Of a stretch of DNA of 64,000 nucleotides, positions 7,837-18,779 are shown in pieces. Origin of the DNA: an uncultured delta proteobacterium (lineage in GTDB: Bacteria; Myxococcota_A; UBA9160; UBA4427); contig CAWGJT010000012.1 in NCBI GenBank assembly GCA_963822965.1, positions 416,001 through 480,000 of the forward strand, in the 5' to 3' direction. A model generated the notes under the pieces. That model was not told the origin of the DNA. It searched no databases and was given only the letters and a program-made list of their open reading frames with translations. Both the position numbers and the translations under genes were made by a program. Each line of letters opens with the position of its first letter. Position 1 is the first letter of the stretch.

Positions 7837-9804
7837 CTAGAGATACTGGCCCTGGCCGGGCTGCAGATTCTCGATCGAACGCTCCTTGCGCTCCATGCCG
7901 GTGATGAGCGTCCGCACGTTGATGATGCGCTCGCCCTTCCGGCCCGAAATCCGCGCCCAATCGTCCGGGTTCGTGGTGTTCGGGAGATCCTCGTTCTCCT
8001 TGAACTCCTCTCGCACCGATTCGACCAGGTCCTCCATCGTGATGCCGCGCTCGCCTTCCTCGATGATCCGCTTCACGGCCTTCCGCTTGGAACGCGCCAC
8101 GATGCTCTCGATCATCGCGCCACTGGCGAAGTCCTTGAAGTAGAAGATCTCGCGCTCTCCCTTGGCATACGTCACCTCGAGGAACTTGTTCTCCTCGCCG
8201 GTGCTGTACATCTTCTCCACGAGCTCGCGAATCAGGCCCGCGCAGGCCTTGGCCGGGTCCTTCTCGTACTGCGCGAGCACCTTCTCGTGAAGCGGCAGGT
8301 TGGGCGTGAGGTACTTGTTGAAGATCTCACCCGCCGCCTTCTCGTCCGGCCGCTGCACCTTGATCTTGAGGTCCAGCCGGCCCGGGCGCAGCACCGCGGG
8401 GTCGATGAGATCCTGCCGGTTCGAGGCGCCGATGACGATCACGTTCTCGAGCGACTCGACCCCGTCGATCTCCGCGAGGAACTGCGCGACGACCGTGGCC
8501 TCCATGTCCGACGAGATACCCGAGCCGCGCATGCGGAAGAGCGAGTCCATCTCGTCGAAGAAGATCACCACCGGCACGTCCTGGGTGGCCTTCTCCCTCG
8601 CCTTCTTGAACACCTCGCGCAGCTTGCTCTCCGTCTCGCCCACGTACTTGTTGAGAAGCTCCGGCCCCTTCACGTTCAGGAAGTACGGCGTGGTGGCCCG
8701 ACCGGTGCGCTTCTCGATGTTCTTCGCCAGGCTGTTCGCCACCGCCTTGGCGATGAGCGTCTTGCCGCAGCCCGGCGGTCCGTAGAGCAGGATGCCCTTC
8801 GGCGGCTTGAGCTGGTGCTCGGCGAAGATCTCCGGGTGCAGGTAGGGCAGCTCAACGGAGTCGCGCAGCGCCTCGATCTGCTCTCCCAGCCCACCGATCT
8901 GGTCGTAGGTGATGTCCGGGATCTCCTCGAGCACCACCTCCTCGACCGCCGACTTGGGCATCTTCTCGAAGGCGTACTGGGTCCGGACATCCACCAGCAG
9001 GTGATCGCTCACCCGGATCTTCTCCCGCCGCAGCGGCTCGGCCAGGGTGACCACCTTCTCGTCGTCGGTGTGGCCGAGGACGATGACGCGGTTCTCCGAG
9101 ACGAAATCGACGACCGTGCAGACCTCACCGCGCTGGGTGTAGCCCGACGCCTCGATGACGTTGAACGCCTCGTTCAGCAGGACCAGCTGGCCTTCCTCGA
9201 GCTGGAAGGGATCGATGTTGGGGTGCACGTTCACGCGCATCGGCCGGCCGTCCACCAGCAGCTCCGAGGTGCCGTCCTTGTTGGCCCGCGTGAAGATCCC
9301 GTAGGTGTTGGGCGGAGCGCAGAGCTTGTCGACCTCTTCCTTGAGGAGCTCGATCTGCTGCTTCGCCTCCTGCAGCATGTTGACCAGCTTCTCGTTCTGC
9401 CGCTCCTGGTCGTGAACCTGGTTGCGCGTGGCCTCGTAGCGCCGGCGCAGGGTCTCGTAGTCCGCAAGCACGCGGTCCAGCGACCGGCGGAATTCCACCG
9501 AGTCGCTGCCGAAGAAGCGGATGGCGTCCTGCAGGTGCTCGACCTCGCTGGAGTGGCCCCGCTCGTCCCGTCGCTCGTCTCGCATTTCGCGTCCTTCGCT
9601 TCCGTCGCCGGCATTGCGCACGCCCTGATCCCCCCGATCCCGGATGTCGCGCTCTTCATGACCGAGCTCGGTCTGCTCGGGTACCACGCCCAGATCGTCG
9701 GTGCTGCGGGATCCGGCGGGAGCGATCCTACCGATCATGTCCCGCATGAACCCGCGCCGCCCCGAACCGGGGCCCGAACCAGATCCTGAATCATGCTCGC
9801 TCAT
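7837..9804 (-). CDS. arc: Proteasome AAA+ ATPase ARC/Mpa
   Basis: Coiled coil ending LCAPPNTYG, OB region, GILLYGPPGCGKT, FLNVKGPELLNKYVGETE, FFDEMD, ENEDLPNTTNPDDWARISG, terminal GQYL. Confidence 0.96.
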   Translation of the reverse strand: MSEHDSGSGSGPGSGRRGFMRDMIGRIAPAGSRSTDDLGVVPEQTELGHEERDIRDRGDQGVRNAGDGSEGREMRDERRDERGHSSEVEHLQDAIRFFGSDSVEFRRSLDRVLADYETLRRRYEATRNQVHDQERQNEKLVNMLQEAKQQIELLKEEVDKLCAPPNTYGIFTRANKDGTSELLVDGRPMRVNVHPNIDPFQLEEGQLVLLNEAFNVIEASGYTQRGEVCTVVDFVSENRVIVLGHTDDEKVVTLAEPLRREKIRVSDHLLVDVRTQYAFEKMPKSAVEEVVLEEIPDITYDQIGGLGEQIEALRDSVELPYLHPEIFAEHQLKPPKGILLYGPPGCGKTLIAKAVANSLAKNIEKRTGRATTPYFLNVKGPELLNKYVGETESKLREVFKKAREKATQDVPVVIFFDEMDSLFRMRGSGISSDMEATVVAQFLAEIDGVESLENVIVIGASNRQDLIDPAVLRPGRLDLKIKVQRPDEKAAGEIFNKYLTPNLPLHEKVLAQYEKDPAKACAGLIRELVEKMYSTGEENKFLEVTYAKGEREIFYFKDFASGAMIESIVARSKRKAVKRIIEEGERGITMEDLVESVREEFKENEDLPNTTNPDDWARISGRKGERIINVRTLITGMERKERSIENLQPGQGQYL

Positions 9805-9809
9805 GGCAC

Positions 9810-10550
9810 CCTCTCCTCATTCGGCTCCCGACGAGGCACCGCTTCCGCTTCGCCTCGGGTCCCGGAGCGTCCAGAGGTCCTTCACTGCAAGCGGTGTGCC
9901 GCACGTCTCTGGAGTGCAGCTCACCGGCAAATCTCCTTCTGCGAGCCGCAACACCGCCGGAATTTCGGCAACCGCGCTTCCGACACGCCCCCCCCGTTCT
10001 TGCTTCGGACAGGCAGCGTAGGACCCCCAGCCTTTCGGGCCCAGGGGTCCGGGAACCTCCCCGGAACAGTAGGGTAAGAGGCAACCGCTCCCCGTTTGGG
10101 TTCCGATCCGACGGGGCGGGGTTCCCGGAGCGGCTCGGAGGCATGGCCGAAATGGGTGGGTGCGCGATCCGTCGCGCAGGCGGAGCCCGGAGGGACCGGA
10201 AGCCCGCCGGACCCCGAGGCCACAACCCCCGGTCCGAAAACCACTTTCTCGTGGCGCTGGCCGACTTCCGCTGAGCTCTTCACATCCACCAACTGGCTTC
10301 GTCGCTGGCAACGAAGCGGAGCCCCTTTCGTGCTGCTGCCCGTGCTCGCTCTCGCCTCGCGTCCCCTTGCCGGCTTCGACGCCCGTGGCTCTCGTCGGCG
10401 TTGACCCGACTTCGCTCCGAACCCGACGATCCCGGGCACCCGGACCGAGACCTCTGGCGCCACGTCGGGGGTGCGCCAGATCCCGACCCCCGGGAGCCCC
10501 GCGCGAAGCGCCACCGAAGCTCGAACCTCTCGTAATTGATGACTTTTTCG
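9810..10550 (-). ncRNA. Candidate large structured 5' leader / ncRNA upstream of arc
   Basis: No credible ORF; lies between promoter and arc RBS; many stems, e.g. 10048-10057/10120-10129, 10296-10317, 10453-10460/10473-10480, 9870-9876/9907-9913. Confidence 0.45.
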
Positions 10551-10556
10551 CCCGCC

Positions 10557-10584
10557 AAGCTAGCAGGGCCCGGTCTGGTGTCAA
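10557..10584 (-). promoter_or_regulatory. Sigma70-like promoter upstream of the Pup-proteasome operon
   Basis: Minus strand TTGACA-16 nt-TAGCTT with TGn extended -10, followed by an A-rich start region. Confidence 0.6.
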
Positions 10585-10887
10585 GCGCGAGGCATGGGCA
10601 TCGCCCGCCGTAAGCTCTCGTTCCGAAAGGCTTCTCGGGCCTCGCGGGGGGCGCCCCTGCAGGCCGGGCCCGCCGCGCTCGGGAGTTCGCCAGGCGCCCT
10701 GCCGGGTTGCGAGCCCCCTCGCAAATTCGATGCGCACGAGGTGCCGCCTCGCGATGCACGCCCACGGATCGGTGTCGGGATCCCGTCTCGAACGACGCGG
10801 CACCGGCAGCCCGGTGGCGACGGAAGCCCGCAATTGGGTAAACGGCGGGCACCCCGAAGCGAGCTGCACAGCGAGCCGCAATCCGCG

Positions 10888-11664
<777 letters not shown>

Positions 11665-11681
<17 letters not shown>

Positions 11682-14166
11682 CGGCCTGACGCAGATAGAC
11701 GCTGCGGGGCCGCGTCCCCTCCTGGGGCCCCACCATCCCCTCGTTCTCCATGTGCTCGATGATGCGAGCGGCGCGGTTGTATCCGATCTTGAGGCGCCGC
11801 TGGATGTACGAGATCGAGGCGTTGCGGGTCTCGGCGACGATCGCCACCGCCTGATCGAACATCTCATCGGCTTCCTCTCCACGCGCCTCCTGGACCTCGG
11901 ACTCTTCCTTGAGGGCCATCAGGTCGTCGTCGTAGACCGGCTTGCCCTGATCGCGCAGGAAGGCAACGACCTCCGCGACCTCCTTCTCCGTCACGAAGGG
12001 GCCGTGCAGGCGCTGCAGCACCGACGTCCCGGGCGGGAGGAATAGCATGTCGCCCATGCCGAGGAGGTTCTCGGCCCCCTTCTGGTCGAGGATCGTGCGC
12101 GAATCGGTGCCCGAGGACACCTGGAAGGACACGCGCGCCGGGAAGTTCGCCTTGATGACGCCGGTGAGGACGTCGACGCTCGGTCGCTGGGTGGCCAGCA
12201 CCAGGTGGATCCCCGCGGCGCGCGCCATCTGGGCGAGGCGCTGCAGGGACTCCTCGACGTCCTTGGCCGCGAGCACCATCAGGTCGGCGAGCTCGTCGAT
12301 CACCACGACGATGTAGGGCAGGTGGCACCAGGGGACCTCCTCGCCCTGCTCCTCGCCCGGCTTGGCGCGCAGACGGAACGTCGTCTCCCCCCGCTCGATG
12401 GCCTCCGCGGACTTGGCGTTGAACTGGTCCACGTTGCGCACCTGCACGGCGCTCATCATCTGGTAGCGCTCTTCCATCTTGCGGACGATCCCGGCGAGCG
12501 CCGCCGACGCGCGCTTGGGGGCCGTCACGACGTCGGCGATCAGGTGCGGGATCCCCTCGTAGATCGACAGCTCGAGCAGCTTGGGGTCGATGAGCAGGAG
12601 CTTCAGGTCGCGCGGGGTGGTGCGGCACAGGAGCGAGCACAGGAACGAGTTGAGGAAGACGCTCTTGCCCGTCCCGGTGGCGCCCGCCACCAACAGGTGC
12701 GGCATTCTCGCCAGGTCCGAGTTGACGCAGTTCCCGAAGATGTCCTTGCCCATGGCGATCAGCAGCGGCGAGGTGCTGGCTCGGAAGGTCTCGGACTCGA
12801 GCAGGCTGCGGACGTACACCGTCTCCCGCTCGGTGTTCGGGATCTCGATGCCGACCACCGACTTGCCCGGCAGGGGCGCGATGATGCGAATCGAGATGGC
12901 GCGCAGGGCCATGGCGAGGTCGTCGGTGAGCGCGACGATCTTGTTCACCTTGATCCCGGGCGCGGGCTCGTACTCGTACATCGTGATGACCGGACCGGGG
13001 TGGACGCGTACCACCCGCCCCTTCACGCCGAAGTCGAGGAGCTTCTTCTCCAGGATGCGCGAGTTCATCAGCAGGCTGTCGCGGTCGTATCCCCGGACGC
13101 CCGCCGGCGGGGCCTGGAAGATGGAGACGTCGGGAAGCCGGAACGGGCCCGCCATGCTCGACTCGTCGAAGTGGAACGCCTCCTGGGACGGATTCGACCG
13201 CCGCTCGAGCGCGTGATCGACGATGTCGGGGCCACCCTCCTTCTTGCGGCTTCCCCCCGGGCGGAGGCGCGGCTTCAGGCTGGGCGCCACCGGGACCAGG
13301 GTGTCGGGCTTCTCTTCGCGCGAGACCCGGAGCAGCGGCTCTTCCGTCTCCTCGGCGATCGCCCACTCTCCGGCCCCGGGATCGTCCAGCTCCTCCGGCT
13401 CGGCCGCGGCCGCCCGGGCACGTCTCGCCCGCTGCTCACGCCACACCGTGAAGCGGGCGCCGACGGCCCGAATCCCCGCGAACAACGTTCGCGTCCGGCG
13501 CCGGAGGCGCTGGCCCAACGCCACGAGGCTCGTCCAGAGGCGGGCGGCCAGCTCGGCGGCAAGCACGCTGGCGGCCGCCGCCGCGCGACCCACGGCGGAC
13601 AGGGCGGTTCCGGCGGAGACTCCAGTGACGGAGAGGGACCCCAGCACCCCCAGCAGACCGCTCACCAGCAGCGCCCCCCAGCCGCTGAACAGCAGCACCT
13701 CGTAGTCCACCAGCCAACGGCCGAACGCGCCGGCGCGGGACGAGCCCAGCTCACCGGGGGCGAGACCGTCCAGGATGGGGGGCACGGTGGCGGTCGCCAC
13801 GAGTAGCAGCATGCTGCCCACCCAGAATCGCGAGTCGGCGCGCGGCACCCCGCGGCCCAGCACCAGGCAGCCGCCGAGCCAGCCGGTCGCGCCGACCACC
13901 ACGATGGCACCCCAGCCCACGCTCCCGAAGAGCCAGCCGGCCAGGGTGGCTCCGGCGGCTCCCGCCCGGTTCGCCACGGGGGCCAGCGTGAGGATGGGAT
14001 CCTGGGGCGAGTAGGTCGCGATCGCGAGAGCGGCGAGCAGCGCGCTCCCGATCAGGGCGAGACCGACGAGCTCCCCTCCCGTTCGCGCGAAGAAGTCCGC
14101 CACTCCGGCCGAGCGGCTGGCGCCGCGGGCTCGGCTCCGCCGGGCGGCCGCTCTACCAGCGGCCAC
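11665..14166 (-). CDS. ftsK: DNA translocase FtsK
   Basis: N-terminal TM region, MPHLLVAGATGTGKS, VVVIDELADLM, LATQRPSVDV, gamma domain ASISYIQRRLKIGYNRAARII. Confidence 0.97.
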
Positions 14167-14373
14167 GATCGCAATCCTGCCAGGGACCCGAAGCGCGTGT
14201 GACCGCGCGGGCTGACGAACGACTGAACCGCGAGCGCTCGATTCGAAGAATCAAGACTCCCCCACCCCCCGGAAAGGGAACCACGGGACGATAACGGCGT
14301 GTCACCCCGATCGCCAACCGACCGGATTGCCGACCGACGGCCTCGGCACGGGGCCGCGTACGCCCGTTCGCCC

Positions 14374-14402
14374 TTGACGATCCCCGGACCGGGCGGGACC
14401 AT
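14374..14402 (+). promoter_or_regulatory. Possible sigma70 promoter for ssb
   Basis: TTGACG-17 nt-GACCAT about 45 nt upstream of the ATG. Confidence 0.35.
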
Positions 14403-14446
14403 CCGACGCGCGAGTCCACCCAGTCCCGACGGGAGCCCCCCACCAC

Positions 14447-14872
14447 ATGGCAGGCGTCAACAAGGCAATCCTCATCGGCAACCTCGGTCGCGACCCCGAG
14501 CTCCGCTACACGCAGAGCGGGCAGGCGGTCGTCAACTTCTCCATCGCGACCAGTGAGAACTGGACGGACAAGAGCGGCGAGCGCCAAGAGCGCACGGAGT
14601 GGCACCGCATCGTGGCCTGGGGCAAGACAGGCGAGCTGTGCGCCCAGTACCTCTCGAAGGGTCGCACGGTCTACGTCGAGGGTCGCATCCAGACCCGCGA
14701 GTGGGAAGATCGCGAAGGCCAGAAGCGGACGACCACCGAGATCAACGCGCAGACCGTGACGTTCATCGGCGGGAGCGGTGGTGGCGGCGGCGGCAGCCGC
14801 GGCGGCGACAGCCTCTCCGGCAGCGGTCCCGACACGAGCAACGAGCCGCCGCCCGACGACGTTCCGTTCTGA
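14447..14872 (+). CDS. ssb: Single-stranded DNA-binding protein
   Basis: [26 protein letters not shown], Gly-rich linker, C-terminal DDVPF. Confidence 0.98.
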   Translation: MAGVNKAILIGNLGRDPELRYTQSGQAVVNFSIATSENWTDKSGERQERTEWHRIVAWGKTGELCAQYLSKGRTVYVEGRIQTREWEDREGQKRTTTEINAQTVTFIGGSGGGGGGSRGGDSLSGSGPDTSNEPPPDDVPF

Positions 14873-14893
14873 GCGTCCCCGGCGTTCCGGGGT

Positions 14894-15271
14894 TCAGGAC
14901 GTCGAGCGGGGGCGGAGGGCGCGGATCACCTGGTTGATGTGCGCGCGTGCTTCCGGGGGCAGGTCCTCGAACTCGATCCCCATGCCCGGCGTGGCGCCGT
15001 CCGATCCGTCCGAGACCCGCACGACGATGCCGTTGGTCTTCACCGTGCGGTCGCTGCCGGGCAGGTTGAAGTGCAGGCTCACCTCCGTGCCGGGCGGGCG
15101 CGGCTTCTCGGTCTCGATGAAGAGCCCGCCCTCGTTGATGTCGCGGGTGAACTCGGAGAAGAGCTCGTCGACCGTCGAGTAGTCGACCCGAACGATCAGC
15201 TCCGCGCGGTCCGAACGCCGGCGCTCCGCCTCCTCGCGAGGATCGACGGTCTGGAAGCTCACCTTCGACAT
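14894..15271 (-). CDS. PilZ-like (TIGR02266-like) domain protein
   Basis: RRSDR (RxxxR), FTRDINEGGLFIET, PGMGIEF; typical of myxobacterial PilZ paralogues. Confidence 0.85.
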   Translation of the reverse strand: MSKVSFQTVDPREEAERRRSDRAELIVRVDYSTVDELFSEFTRDINEGGLFIETEKPRPPGTEVSLHFNLPGSDRTVKTNGIVVRVSDGSDGATPGMGIEFEDLPPEARAHINQVIRALRPRSTS

Positions 15272-15429
15272 GGGCCTGCTCCTCCGGCGGACGCCCGCCG
15301 GCCTGCCTCGCTGCATCGACCGCCGGCGCGACGCGCCTTAGTGGCCGGCATCCGCGGTCGGCATCGCTCCGCCCGCGCCGTCGCCCGCGAGCGGAGCGAT
15401 TCCGCTCTCGCTGTACCCCTCCCGGTGGG

Positions 15430-16242
15430 TCACAGCTCTCCAGCTTCCTGGAAGCTGTGGTAGCCGTGCTCGGCCACCACCACGTGGTCGAGCACCCGGA
15501 TGCCCATCAGCTCGCCCGCCTGGGCCAGGCGCTCGGTCACGCGACGGTCCTCGCCGCTGGGCGTCGGATCTCCGCTCGGATGGTTGTGGACGAGGACCAG
15601 CGCGGCCGCGGTCCGCCGGATCGCCTCCCGGAACACCTCGCGCGGATGCACCAGGCTGGCCGTCAGCGTGCCCTGGGAGACGAGCACCTCCGCCGTCACC
15701 CGATGCCGTCCGTCCAGCAGCAGCGCGTAGAAGCGCTCGTTGGCGCGATGCCGGAGGCGCTCGAAGAAGTGGTGATGGACGTCCGCCGGCCCGTGGATGC
15801 GAGCGCCCGCCTCGAGCCGGCGCGTCGCGATCCGGCGCCCCATCTCGCAGGCCGCCAGCAGGCTGGCGCTCTTCGCGGGCCCCATCCCGGGGATCCCCTG
15901 GAGGTCCGCCGTCCTCTCACGCGCGAATCCAGCGAGGCCTCCGGCGCGCTCCAGCAGGTCGCGGGCGAGGGTCTCGACGTCGAGCCCGCCGCCACCGGTA
16001 CGAAGCAGCAGCGACACCAGCTCGGCGTCCGAGAGCGCCCGGGGTCCCAGGCAGGACAGCCGCTCGCGGGGTCCGTCGGGGAGGCGTCCATGCGGACGCC
16101 GGGAGAGGGCCGACGAGCGCGGGGCCTGTCGGACCGGCCGGTGGCCCGGGGGATCGGAGGCGCGCTCGGCGCATTCGGCGGCACGCCGCTTCGGATCGGA
16201 TTGCAACGGGAAGGGCTCCCCGGGACCGGGGAGCGCCAGCAT
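15430..16242 (-). CDS. radC: RadC family (JAB domain) protein
   Basis: GPRERL, LSDAELVSLLLRTG, GTLTASLVHPREVF, HNHPSGDPTPS, VLDHVVV; start uncertain. Confidence 0.92.
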   Translation of the reverse strand: MLALPGPGEPFPLQSDPKRRAAECAERASDPPGHRPVRQAPRSSALSRRPHGRLPDGPRERLSCLGPRALSDAELVSLLLRTGGGGLDVETLARDLLERAGGLAGFARERTADLQGIPGMGPAKSASLLAACEMGRRIATRRLEAGARIHGPADVHHHFFERLRHRANERFYALLLDGRHRVTAEVLVSQGTLTASLVHPREVFREAIRRTAAALVLVHNHPSGDPTPSGEDRRVTERLAQAGELMGIRVLDHVVVAEHGYHSFQEAGEL

Positions 16243-16252
16243 AGAGCCTCGT

Positions 16253-17542
16253 CTAGGAGGCGGCCAGACAGGAGGCGCGCTCGCTCTCGGCCTTGTCGAG
16301 GGCGACGGCGAAGCTGCTGCTGTCGAGCTCGGGGGCGATCAGGCTGCGATAGGTTTCGGCCCGGTACTCCTCCTTCTCGAGATCGCCCACGAACGTTCGC
16401 AGCAGCGCCAGGAAGCCGCGGGCATCCGCGGCCTGGTTGAGCGCGACCTCGAGCTCGATGGGAACCCCGGGGCGGTACCGGGAGCCGTCCGTGAACTCGA
16501 CGACACCCCCCGGCGTCACCTCGCCGAGACGGCGCATGGCAGCGCGCACATAGCGATCCGTGAAATCGCCCTGGGGTGCCAGCGCCCGATTCAGGCTCCC
16601 GGGGTCGAGCTGCCCGCGCATGGCACCGTCGAAGGCCAGCGCGCATCCGGTCACGTCGGCGGGCGTGATGGCGGCGAGCGCGTTCAGGGCCTTCTGCACC
16701 GTCGCCGCCCCACCGTCCTTCGGCACCAGGTCGAGCACGAACTCGTGCAGGTCGCGGGCCGCGTTGTACTGCTGCCTCTGACGCACGGTGGTCGTGCCCA
16801 GAGCCTGCTCGCTGAGGCTCACCTTGACGAGAAGGTCCTCGCCGAGCTGCTGGCCGTAGACCTCCTGGATCAGGGGGCTGTGCATCTGGTCGAGCGCCTC
16901 TCGCGCCTCGGGCGCCATGGCCGTCTCGGTCAGGATCACCGAGAAGCCGTCGTCCGCCTCCTGGACCCGGAAGGTGAGGGCCTCGTCCGTGAGGAAGCCC
17001 AACGCCGAGCGCCCGGCGAAGTAGCGGTGCGAGATCCCGTCCAGGGTGTTCGGCAGCGGCTCGAGATCGAGGATCACCTGGTCGACCGAGGACGCCATCT
17101 TGACGGTCGTGGTCTTCTGCCGGAATCCCTCGCGGAAGGCGCGAATCGTGATCGAATCACGCGGCCCGGCGTCGACGCGGGCCGGAACGATCACCGTCAC
17201 CGGCGTCTCGGCCTGCTCGAACCGCTTCTGGAAGTTGGACCGCACGTAGAAGAGATCGACCATGCCACCGCTCGGGGTGGTGTCGATCTCGATCTTGCGG
17301 TCGCTGTAGTAATGGCCGAAGCCCCGGAAGAGCGACGCGATGGGAGCAGCCACGTTCTTCATCCCGAAGCTCGCGAGGTCCTCGGGCTTCAGGTCGACGA
17401 CCTCGTGCTCGGTCGGGTCCTCGCCGATCCGCGGCTCGTGCCCCGCGCAGGCCACCGCGGCGAGGGACGACACAACCAGCAGCCACGACGCGGCCGCCCG
17501 CACGTACGTCGGAATCCGCGCGGGCGGTCGGGCCACCGTCAT
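16253..17542 (-). CDS. Hypothetical lipoprotein
   Basis: Long ORF with coding-like codon bias; signal peptide ending LAAVAC; PEGA-like IEIDTTPSG segment. Confidence 0.65.
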   Translation of the reverse strand: MTVARPPARIPTYVRAAASWLLVVSSLAAVACAGHEPRIGEDPTEHEVVDLKPEDLASFGMKNVAAPIASLFRGFGHYYSDRKIEIDTTPSGGMVDLFYVRSNFQKRFEQAETPVTVIVPARVDAGPRDSITIRAFREGFRQKTTTVKMASSVDQVILDLEPLPNTLDGISHRYFAGRSALGFLTDEALTFRVQEADDGFSVILTETAMAPEAREALDQMHSPLIQEVYGQQLGEDLLVKVSLSEQALGTTTVRQRQQYNAARDLHEFVLDLVPKDGGAATVQKALNALAAITPADVTGCALAFDGAMRGQLDPGSLNRALAPQGDFTDRYVRAAMRRLGEVTPGGVVEFTDGSRYRPGVPIELEVALNQAADARGFLALLRTFVGDLEKEEYRAETYRSLIAPELDSSSFAVALDKAESERASCLAAS

Positions 17543-17656
17543 CGCAAGGGACCTCCTGGCGCCCCCGGCCCCGCGTGCGCCGCGAGCAGGAGGGCTGCCC
17601 AGGGTAACCCCACCTCGAGGACGGAGCATGCCCTCAGGTGCCGGGTGCGCGGGGAA

Positions 17657-18739
17657 TCAGCGCGATTCCGCGGCGCTGCCGTCCTCGACTACCGACGCCA
17701 TCTCGGAACCCGCCCGGGCGTCGGCCTGGCGCAGCTCCACCGTGAAGGCGGTCGCGAGCTGCAGGGCCAGGCGATCCCCGGAGAGCCGGAGCTCCCGAAC
17801 CAGCTCTTCACCGCGTCCGGTCTCCCGAGCGTGAGCGGCCAGCGCCCGCAGCCAGATCTGCTGCTCCACCGCCGAGAGACCAGCGAATTCGGCCGCGAAC
17901 ACCGCCGGCCGGCGGGCCATCGCCTCGAGGCGGTGATCGAGGTCGGAAGCCAGCCGCTGGGCGCGATCGACCTCGGAATCGATCCCCTGCGGCGAGAAGC
18001 TCGAGCCCATCTCCGTCGGGCCGGCCACCACGTGGTTGCTCACGTTCGTCGGGAAGCCGGTCGACGGATAGGTCGAATTCCGGACCGAACGAGCCGACCA
18101 GCGCGTCACCGCGCGGGGCAGGATCCCCGGGTTGGAACCGTTCGACACCATCTGCGTGACACCCTCGCGGCTCGCGAAGGGATCGGAGAGAACCGAGATC
18201 GTGCGCCGCTCCGGTCCCGACACCACCGGCGGCGGCCCGGAGATCACGATGGTGGGCATCCGCGCGTCCCGCAGCGGCGGGTACAGATCGACCAGGCGCT
18301 CTCCGCGGGAGCCGTCCCGCACGGCGTCGGTGACCACACGAGCCTCGCCGTTGCGCGGCGCCTGCTTCCCGAACCCGATCAGCTGGATGCTCTGGGGATC
18401 GAGGACCCCGGCGGCCATCAACAGCCCGACGGCGAGAGCCGTCGCCGGCAGCGCGACCTGGGGAGTAGCGAGATCGCCGAGCCAGTCTCGCAGTCGATCG
18501 GCGAAGCGGCGGTGCCCCTCGCCTTCCCGAATGCGGCGCATCACGGTCTCGACGAGGAACGGCGGCGACTCGGGATTCGGAAGCGAGCGCAGCAGGTCGA
18601 TCGCGCCGCGCATCTGCGCGAACTCCCGGCTGCAGGCTCCACAGGCGTCGAGGTGGGCGTCCAGCAGGGCGCGCCGGGTCAGATCGAGATCCCCCTCCAG
18701 GTAATCGGCCATGTGGGAGTGAGCTTCCGCGTGGTTCAC
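17657..18739 (-). CDS. Zinc-finger (ZAS/zf-HC2) anti-sigma factor
   Basis: YLEGDL...HLDACGAC motif followed by a TM segment; directly downstream of an ECF sigma. Confidence 0.8.
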   Translation of the reverse strand: MNHAEAHSHMADYLEGDLDLTRRALLDAHLDACGACSREFAQMRGAIDLLRSLPNPESPPFLVETVMRRIREGEGHRRFADRLRDWLGDLATPQVALPATALAVGLLMAAGVLDPQSIQLIGFGKQAPRNGEARVVTDAVRDGSRGERLVDLYPPLRDARMPTIVISGPPPVVSGPERRTISVLSDPFASREGVTQMVSNGSNPGILPRAVTRWSARSVRNSTYPSTGFPTNVSNHVVAGPTEMGSSFSPQGIDSEVDRAQRLASDLDHRLEAMARRPAVFAAEFAGLSAVEQQIWLRALAAHARETGRGEELVRELRLSGDRLALQLATAFTVELRQADARAGSEMASVVEDGSAAESR

Positions 18740-18779
18740 TGATCTGCTCCCTCGAAGCAGGTGCGGCCCGAACGGACCG

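Noticed and set aside
10200..10400. tmRNA-like fragments (GGCTTCGACG on +; TTTTCGGACCGGGGGTT on -)
   Set aside because: They are on opposite strands, with no acceptor stem, T-loop/CCA end or plausible tag peptide.
15430..16242. radC as a mobile-element marker
   Set aside because: It is the full-length chromosomal type with the N-terminal HhH region, and no integrase, transposase or att sites are nearby.
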